Below are positions 58,601 through 64,000 of a DNA stretch of 64,000 nt, piece by piece (the stretch's first letter is position 1; every line of letters starts with the position of its first letter). The notes under the pieces are model-generated. The model was not told the DNA's origin and made no database searches. It saw nothing but the letters and a program-made list of their open reading frames with translations. The stretch lies in IMG/VR virus record IMGVR_UViG_3300025389_001063. The stretch is one strand, 5' to 3'. The DNA is from a virus (Duplodnaviria; Caudoviricetes). The position numbers and the translations under genes are program-made.

Positions 58601-61600
58601 ATTTTGAAGTAAAATAGAATTTACATATTCAAAATATTGTTTTAATGCTTCATAGCGATTAACAAACCATGTTTGTCTAGGTTCATTACTTGCACCATAT
58701 CTTTGAAATTTAGATAATCTAGTATCAGGAACTGATCCTCCATTAACATTAGTTCCACAAAGACTATCAATCCATTTTGTTTCAATTACTGTAGGAATAA
58801 TTGCAAAAGGATCTCCTTCTGCAATCAAAGCATATTCTCTATGAACTATTAAATCTGTATTATCTATTTCATAAAATTGTAAATTAAGATTTACATCTCT
58901 ATGATATATGTCTGGTTTAACATTTACTAATGAAAAACTATTTGATCCTGTTATTGCAATAAATTTATACCCTTCAGCACTTGGATCAAGTATTAATCTA
59001 GCAACATCATATACAGACATACTTCTAAAATGTACATTAGGAATTGTAACTTTATTTTTAACCCAATAATAATAATATGTTGTTAAAACTCCTGATATAG
59101 GATCATATTTTTGTTTAGTACTATAAGTTAAATCACCTGTATATGCAGGAACTCCACTAAATCCATTTGCTAAAGAATTAGTGCCACTTGTAGCAGCGAC
59201 CCATTGGCTAGGTAAAAGGGTAGTTTCTGTCCATTCGTAAACATCAATAGTAGATCCAGGAAATACTGTATTCCAATAAGTGTTTCTAAAACTACTATCT
59301 CCTTGCTCATACCAAATCCATTTTACTGTAGAAAGATCCCACCAAACTTCACCAATATGATCATCTCTCCACGGCGATGATTTATCTACTAATGTTTGAG
59401 AATAATTTGTATAATCATATGATGCGGGATCTCTCATAGTTTGATATGTGATTTCTTGATTTGCAGGTCCTGCTATGTAACCTTTAAGAGGATCAATAAA
59501 ATCTAATTCTTCAATTAAAACATTTTTATTTGTATTATAGATAAATGCTTTTTTAAATTTACTAACATCTACAACATTAGATCCAGATGCTATAACTTTC
59601 CAACTTGGAGTATTATAATCAAATATATATGTTGATCCAGAATGCACCCCATTAACACTATGATTAGGTGCACCTATTACTAAACAATCATTAGATATTG
59701 CTAATGCTAATCCAAAATTATCAGCAGTTACTAAAGTATCTAGAGGTGTTATATAATCAGCATAAACAAATTTATTGTCAAAACTATTATATGCATATAC
59801 TGATCCAGTATAAGGTGTGCTATCATAAAACCCAGTTGCTCCTTGATCAAATGATGTTGATACTAATGCTAAAGAACTATTGGGATCGAGGGTATAATTT
59901 CTTGTTGAATCATAATTAAAAACTAATCTATCAATGTGTACGTCAAACGTGGTATTAAGAGTAACATTACCGCCTGCTGACGATACGACTAAGATGCTTT
60001 GATCTGAATTTGTGTCTATCTTTATTCCAAATCTTTCATTTTGAATTTTTAACGGAGGATAGATTAATTGTGTTACTGTAAACGGAGGAATTACTCCCTC
60101 TGTATACTCAAATTTATAGATAATTCCAGAATTTATATATTCTACGTCATTATTAGGTGAAGAAACAAAAAGGTCAGATCCTTTCATTGATATAGAATAA
60201 CCAAAATTATCGCTATCATTAATCAATGCACTTGTTCCTACACTATTAATTCCAGGTATATTTTCAATAGTATATTTGTCAATAACTTGAATTAACGAGA
60301 ATATTGTCGATGTTTTTTCAAATATGTAAATTGCACCACCGTTAATGAAAGGTGCAGAAACTATAACAAAATTGTTATAAACTTGTAAATCATATCCATA
60401 AAGATCTCCAACCCCCGGAACATACGGAGAAGGAAATACACCATCATTTATGTAGTTGAAATTAAGGAACTGCTGATCTAAATTATAATTCCAAGCACCT
60501 GTACTATCTCTTCTAAATACTTGTACTGAACCTGATTGCAAATATTGTTCACTACTTACATACAACCAATATTCGGATCCTACCTTTGATATCTTAACTT
60601 TAGTACCAAATCTTTCATTTGCTATAGGATTATAAGAGCAAATAATTTGTTCTCTTGCAATATAAGCGCCATTTGTGACTGTCATTGATCCGCTTCCAGA
60701 AGTTAATGGAAGAACAGAACCACCAGATGTTAAAGAAATATTAAATTGAGTTTCATTTGAGATCGAACTTACATAATAAATTGTACTTGTGTCAATACCA
60801 CCAAATGTTGTTCCTATAAATTTAATAAGTTGTCCAACTGTTAAATTTGATGTACTATCACAAGTTAAGTAATAATTAGGAGATGTACCTATTATAGAGG
60901 TTACAGTAGATAATGTCTTTTCGTAAACATAACTATCTCTATTAAATTGTCTTTGATCTATATTATAATTATAAACAAAAACTGCACCTTGTTTGTTTAA
61001 ACCACTTATATATGATTCTTCAGATACTTCAAAAACTTGTGATAATAGTTGCCATCCTGAAAAAACAGAATTTTGAAACACACTATTACCACCATCAATT
61101 GTTGCTTGAGGATAAGATTCTGAAGATCCGCCATCAATTTCAAAATTGTGAGAAGAATCTGTAATTTTTGAAAATGTACCGTCAACATCGGGATTAATTT
61201 TTATCCATAACTGATTATTGTATCTAACAACATCTCCGGTATTATAGATTCCGTTTACACTAAAATCTCCAGTAAAATGACTTTTAATATTACTAAGATC
61301 TGGAGCACTAATAACTAGTACCATACCGTCCGAAGAAATATCTATACTTGTTCCAAATTTTTCTGTTCCTGAAAGAACATTAAAATCTGTAGGCATTGAA
61401 ATAGATTGTAGGAACACCCAATCTGTAGTATTATTCGGTCTTGTATAAACTATTACAGTACCATTTTGGTAACCTATGTAACTAACAAACAAAAATTTAT
61501 TGTCTTGACTTATTTTAATTTCATGACCACTTAATACATTATCTTTTCTTAGAAAAATAGGAATTGTCAAAGTGCTAGATTTAAAGACTTTAGAATTTTC

Positions 61601-64000
61601 TAAAACTTTCCATTCATTTAGACTATCTTGATCAATCCAAATTTTTTCTCCGCTAATCTGTAAATTGTTAAAAAGACTATTATCTATCGATTCTGGGTTT
61701 TTATAACGTACAGATTCAAATTTAAATAGAACTCCATGCGTACTATCGCTTACAAGATTGTTGACTAATAAATTATTACTTGTAAACACTTGTATAAAAT
61801 GAGCGTATATAGATATAACTTTATATACACCATTAATTAAATCTATATTTTTTACAACTATAATATCACCAACCGATAACATCGGAACAAAACTAAGATA
61901 TAAGTTTAATAAGTTACCCTGTCTTTCCCAACTAGTGATAAAAGACTTAGTATCATAATAACCCATAACGTTCCAATCACCGTTAGGGGTATTTCCGATC
62001 CAAATTTTATCTTTGTTTTTTAATAAAGTATGATTATAATTTAATAAACTAGGTTCATCATAAAGAATTAAATCTACATCGTTTGGATTAACATATCCTG
62101 CAACTCTATATTTGAATACTCCATAATTTTTTTGATTGAAATCTAAAGAGGTAGTTACAAAAGGATTTGCGTCATAGGTGTTATATTTTTTAACAACATC
62201 ACTTATTGTAAGATTGTAGATAGACAAATCACTAAGATTTTTAGATCCTAAAGATAACACAATATCTTGAGGATTATGTAGGAATTTAGTTTCATCAAGA
62301 ATGAATTCTAGTTCAGTATATGCATCCGATGCTCCAAAATCAGCAACTTTAAATGCCCATTCTTCTTTAAGATCTAATGTACTATATCCGCTAGAACGTA
62401 GTGCATCAAATAATTTTGTAACACTGTTAAGTGTTCCTTTTTCTTTAATATAACCTTGGTAGAACTTGTATTGAGATACATCATCAACAATAATATCTTC
62501 GAGATATTGTCTCTTTTGATAACCTACTAAATGTCTTGCTAAATTAACCTGACTTTCATCAAAATTACTAGATTCTAAACTATAAAAATCTCTAAATTGC
62601 TCTATTCTATAATCTAGATTTGGTTCTAATTTTGGTGTTGGTTTACTAGATAATTTACTCCATTTTGTATAATCAAATGTTGTTGTTCCGTAAATTCTTT
62701 CAAGTGCTGTATAATAAGAATTTTTATAATTTATAACATCACCAATATTATAATCTATATTAGGTTGCCAATTTTGAACATCGGCATTGTCATACATAAA
62801 TCCGGGTGAATAATAACTTCCATCCCAATTATTAGTTTTAAAACCAACAAGTTTTAATCTGCCTTGTCTATATCCTGGTATAACATCGTATACAATATCT
62901 CCAAAAACAGATATATTATCAAAAATTATAACATGCTCTTGATAAACTAAAGATGTTCTTATATTGTATATGCCATCTGCTGTTTTAATTGTAGGTTGAA
63001 TAGTAAATCCATTATCTTCTCTATAGATATCTGTAAGATCAGATAATAAAGGAGACCCATCGGCTTTAAATATAGAATAACCATAAAACTCACTATTTAA
63101 TGTATCAACTGATGCTGTTATGTTTGGTGAATATTTTAAATTATTGGCAGCAGGACTTAATGTAATTACAGAGCCTGCAATCCAATTCTGCAAAGTCCAA
63201 AACATAAATTCTTTAGCACTTGTAAGCCAATTAAGTGGTAATTGTAAATCACTACTATAATCATCAAATTGGAAACCTAAGTCTCTTAATCTTTCTTGAT
63301 AACCTAAAAGAAAGTCAACTACAGATTGAATATCTGTGAATACTGTTCCATATGGAACTTTAATTGGAACATTTATAAATTTCTGTCTAACATATGCATC
63401 TCTTCCGCCCGTTATAGGTAAAGATGGTAATAATTGAAATTTCTTTGCTGCAATATCTATATCAGCAGAGGAGCTTGATGTATGACTTATTAATGTTCTA
63501 TAATAAAGACTATCAATTTTTACAAGTTGACCCGCAGTATAATATTGATTGCTAGACCACTCAATATAACTTTCAGATATTCCTCCTACATTTATTACTG
63601 GATCTTTAGATGACGTACGAGGAGGAAATATTTCAAAAACATATTTTTCGATGTCATACCCTTTAACTGAATATCCATCTGTTCTTTTTTCTATAATTAC
63701 ACCACTGTAATTTACAGTCTCAACTGGAGCACTTTTATTATAGAAAATTTTATAATTTTCATTAGGTAAAAATATAGTACCCGACGAATTAGGTGTTCTA
63801 CTATCAAGTAATATTTTAATTTTTTCTTTACTCGAAAATCCACCTAAACGATATCGTAACTTAGCATCTAATCCTCTTATTAAAGATTTATAATAATTGT
63901 AATCTATATTTGTGTTAACAAAAATATACTCATCGATGAAATTTGTCAACCCGTTGGTTATTGTTCTTGTTCCATCTGACTGTAATTCATTAGCAAAAAC
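52691..64000 (-). CDS. giant baseplate/tail structural protein, partial (>3750 aa, open at right edge)
   Basis: The frame stays open upstream of the track's TTG at 63949 (VFANELQSDGTRTITNG to position 64000). FG-GAP-like repeats, GxGY..AP motifs and CBM5/12-like modules. Confidence 0.8.
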   Translation of the reverse strand, partial: VFANELQSDGTRTITNGLTNFIDEYIFVNTNIDYNYYKSLIRGLDAKLRYRLGGFSSKEKIKILLDSRTPNSSGTIFLPNENYKIFYNKSAPVETVNYSGVIIEKRTDGYSVKGYDIEKYVFEIFPPRTSSKDPVINVGGISESYIEWSSNQYYTAGQLVKIDSLYYRTLISHTSSSSADIDIAAKKFQLLPSLPITGGRDAYVRQKFINVPIKVPYGTVFTDIQSVVDFLLGYQERLRDLGFQFDDYSSDLQLPLNWLTSAKEFMFWTLQNWIAGSVITLSPAANNLKYSPNITASVDTLNSEFYGYSIFKADGSPLLSDLTDIYREDNGFTIQPTIKTADGIYNIRTSLVYQEHVIIFDNISVFGDIVYDVIPGYRQGRLKLVGFKTNNWDGSYYSPGFMYDNADVQNWQPNIDYNIGDVINYKNSYYTALERIYGTTTFDYTKWSKLSSKPTPKLEPNLDYRIEQFRDFYSLESSNFDESQVNLARHLVGYQKRQYLEDIIVDDVSQYKFYQGYIKEKGTLNSVTKLFDALRSSGYSTLDLKEEWAFKVADFGASDAYTELEFILDETKFLHNPQDIVLSLGSKNLSDLSIYNLTISDVVKKYNTYDANPFVTTSLDFNQKNYGVFKYRVAGYVNPNDVDLILYDEPSLLNYNHTLLKNKDKIWIGNTPNGDWNVMGYYDTKSFITSWERQGNLLNLYLSFVPMLSVGDIIVVKNIDLINGVYKVISIYAHFIQVFTSNNLLVNNLVSDSTHGVLFKFESVRYKNPESIDNSLFNNLQISGEKIWIDQDSLNEWKVLENSKVFKSSTLTIPIFLRKDNVLSGHEIKISQDNKFLFVSYIGYQNGTVIVYTRPNNTTDWVFLQSISMPTDFNVLSGTEKFGTSIDISSDGMVLVISAPDLSNIKSHFTGDFSVNGIYNTGDVVRYNNQLWIKINPDVDGTFSKITDSSHNFEIDGGSSESYPQATIDGGNSVFQNSVFSGWQLLSQVFEVSEESYISGLNKQGAVFVYNYNIDQRQFNRDSYVYEKTLSTVTSIIGTSPNYYLTCDSTSNLTVGQLIKFIGTTFGGIDTSTIYYVSSISNETQFNISLTSGGSVLPLTSGSGSMTVTNGAYIAREQIICSYNPIANERFGTKVKISKVGSEYWLYVSSEQYLQSGSVQVFRRDSTGAWNYNLDQQFLNFNYINDGVFPSPYVPGVGDLYGYDLQVYNNFVIVSAPFINGGAIYIFEKTSTIFSLIQVIDKYTIENIPGINSVGTSALINDSDNFGYSISMKGSDLFVSSPNNDVEYINSGIIYKFEYTEGVIPPFTVTQLIYPPLKIQNERFGIKIDTNSDQSILVVSSAGGNVTLNTTFDVHIDRLVFNYDSTRNYTLDPNSSLALVSTSFDQGATGFYDSTPYTGSVYAYNSFDNKFVYADYITPLDTLVTADNFGLALAISNDCLVIGAPNHSVNGVHSGSTYIFDYNTPSWKVIASGSNVVDVSKFKKAFIYNTNKNVLIEELDFIDPLKGYIAGPANQEITYQTMRDPASYDYTNYSQTLVDKSSPWRDDHIGEVWWDLSTVKWIWYEQGDSSFRNTYWNTVFPGSTIDVYEWTETTLLPSQWVAATSGTNSLANGFSGVPAYTGDLTYSTKQKYDPISGVLTTYYYYWVKNKVTIPNVHFRSMSVYDVARLILDPSAEGYKFIAITGSNSFSLVNVKPDIYHRDVNLNLQFYEIDNTDLIVHREYALIAEGDPFAIIPTVIETKWIDSLCGTNVNGGSVPDTRLSKFQRYGASNEPRQTWFVNRYEALKQYFEYVNSILLQNQIADKINFVNLLKSDLEPDLNSGKIDQIVDILDDLRFIGTAKLRAAVLSPVIKDGQIIRVTIVDSGYGYKVAPAVQILGVGTGAKIKLILDSNGSVSAATVIKRGHDYDTYSTKIYVRNYTVLIRSDSDALGGWTLHDWFSNTGNIGTYYWRRIKTQGWNVQRYWNYADWYAKGYSSESNIKFQVDRTVNLEGLQSSVGDLVKVTNVSNNWLLLQRVSSTENPDYTQVYEVVGKQNGTIQFSDKLYNLNSDLGFDTIYSYDNSLYDQGPSIELRIILESIRDNILINELRVEYISTFFNSVNYSLHEQLYVDWVFKTSFLKINHNAGTLKQRITYQSDVLPSYQKYIEEVKPYKSKIREMLDSYNYTDPAYELTTDFDLFSYYDSNVGKIIRGSLTSSFINTYPWKSWYDNYKYGVIEIKVYDQGDGYKSIPDVIITGDGTGAKATAYIAKGKLVSIEIDNPGTGYTYAPTIFISGGNAKGDPIAKAVAIIGNNQVRTTKIGIKYDRISPNYTIQDFYYTDTFSGTGSLKSFKLTFAPDPKKVNFNILVNNIEIYGSLYSISIVQNLHDTYSALEGYVVFKTAPSYGVNNITISYKKNIQLFDSADRINYGYSPTEGMLGNELGLLMTGVDYSGVQLTSIDFNVGGGWDVIPWDSTSWDNVINSTDDFVVIPDHSTVIFTLPYVPKNGEIINIYVNGIRVDDLYYSHYDGSTVQPNGLTSSPKNTIMDTFVGDGIKNQITLPHAFTSNDTITFRKSTSDGAILPADLTLIDSLVDGGDLAYTTASGVSAEEIIIDGDGFVTSDTSYGPEELVQGQVVDTLEINVYHTPSSGGPNVIVHNFLGDGVNSSFTLPSSLMPKTREGALVTVGNRAIDLAVDYKENKITILSYDFTTGQYHPYIPDLGAQIAITSVDTAGYDIADQVSFIGDGSTKEFLTSARYNNGNVTPLVILNGEYLGYEILNTNYAQGGDTVSIILSDSDISSSTDYSSSYSPTDAPGAFISIVDGTGIEQFGLIEYYDPKSKIALVVKESFIWFPVVQCDNIKFIVDSTATLSIGMPIIISKSALGPSFAGVNNNTVYYVTSDNFTSTTFSISLTLNGPPILLSQSSGVMLVKGAGWDTYAQTISPTLDSTTKYIIQVQASSYRNSITVKNSTIAEYGVPGDVVIEFEKAPGNGDKIVIMIFNGLVQKFSRVFADTIPIVPGQYQYTLNRVPANAEPLSASIFVLVDSIKISPDGSQTVVNEFVQAPAYKYFTYEGIDILDIQEVRFPPNSLVADDISLYLNGVQLVPVRDYYLDSNQVLVNLTPGVAKTGDEIIVEITKLSDYKVIGDQLIFNKTNFQIQNQILIVVNTFTNHDIVKFRRSSYGFKFTTGYDVLQYEFTQYDILSSSVNTSGIFDLPRLVSSKSSCLVSLNRRLLIPNVDYVILDNLSQVKVLLPDILNSSGYIEILTVNDRTVRPSFGFKIFKDMLNRTIYKRIDSSSSTYLKQDFMYLDTQIVVNDTTKLQLPTPNKNLPGVIEIEGERIEYFSMKNNTLSQLRRATLGTGAKNYYSIGTEVSDVGQDQTVPYSDQEDKITYFGDNHTTIFNLDFTPKNSSLVKWFSKKGFKYIGNYDYTLSYSNGDIVVYNGIYYTAIYPTIVVTGSTTKTNIVICSSTATLSVGTSIIFGSKFGNVNAGQIYYVYSILSDTEFTITDQQDGKQLVLTAITQNVILNTIPSNALSNQSSFWQEYAQVIDINWYINHTKRWYTAQTYSKGTIVWNNGIYYQAIKDVQTSIDITDTNYWVPYNLPILDTDWYRDTINVVSPANLVVGQQYTITDIGLTNWSQVGVPTGTTPVPGLTFIATATTPTNSGSHPGLVISSGIPVSYGQCDQIEVYVGGRRLIKNPYIVHNYTKSIDSYQGTGDITLQAEFAVSGIDNTIKLSTPPAAGELVIIIYKTGRIWKKRGESVPLVYSQTDIAQFLTARPAILPK

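Noticed and set aside
63947-63949. TTG at 63949 as the true start of the giant protein
   Set aside because: The frame is open to the window edge with no RBS, so the gene is truncated by the window.
1-64000. tRNA, rRNA, integrase, transposase or CRISPR features
   Set aside because: Intergenic gaps are under about 100 bp and none shows cloverleaf, repeat-spacer or recombinase signatures by eye. A tRNAscan/Infernal run would confirm.

Overview
A 64 kb, AT-rich segment of a large T4-related tailed phage (jumbo-type myovirus) in standard genetic code, with bacterial Shine-Dalgarno sites, sigma70-type early promoters and T4-like late promoters (ATAA[A/G]TA). The host is probably an alphaproteobacterium; this is an inference from the Shemin-pathway ALA synthase and the acyl-CoA dehydrogenase type. 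From left to right: (1) a glycosyltransferase and a late locus of probable capsid-packaged proteins, including a Pol-beta-like nucleotidyltransferase and a 560-aa ORF punctuated by LDE-G motifs; (2) a collagen-repeat tail fibre, hemA and a GT25 enzyme; (3) a replication block (DsbA-like protein, family B polymerase, sliding clamp) running into a 7-deazaguanine DNA-modification cluster (DpdA/TGT-like, an LxxxHRHxF T-fold protein, a glycosyltransferase, FolE, a phosphoribosyltransferase, QueE); (4) RNase H-like nuclease, a MoxR ATPase/VWA-metallopeptidase pair split by an acyl-CoA dehydrogenase, and ThyX; (5) a tail-linked tailoring-enzyme locus (GNAT-like, 2OG oxygenase, QueC-like, radical SAM, papain-like, methyltransferase, four GT-A glycosyltransferases); (6) tail/baseplate paralogues and a >3750-aa structural protein that runs off the right edge. 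No tRNA, rRNA, CRISPR array or mobile element was seen. The best candidates for undescribed biology are the non-canonical deazaguanine pathway, the tail-associated glycosylation/tailoring locus and the protease-processed capsid cargo. All product calls come from motifs read by eye; no database search was run.
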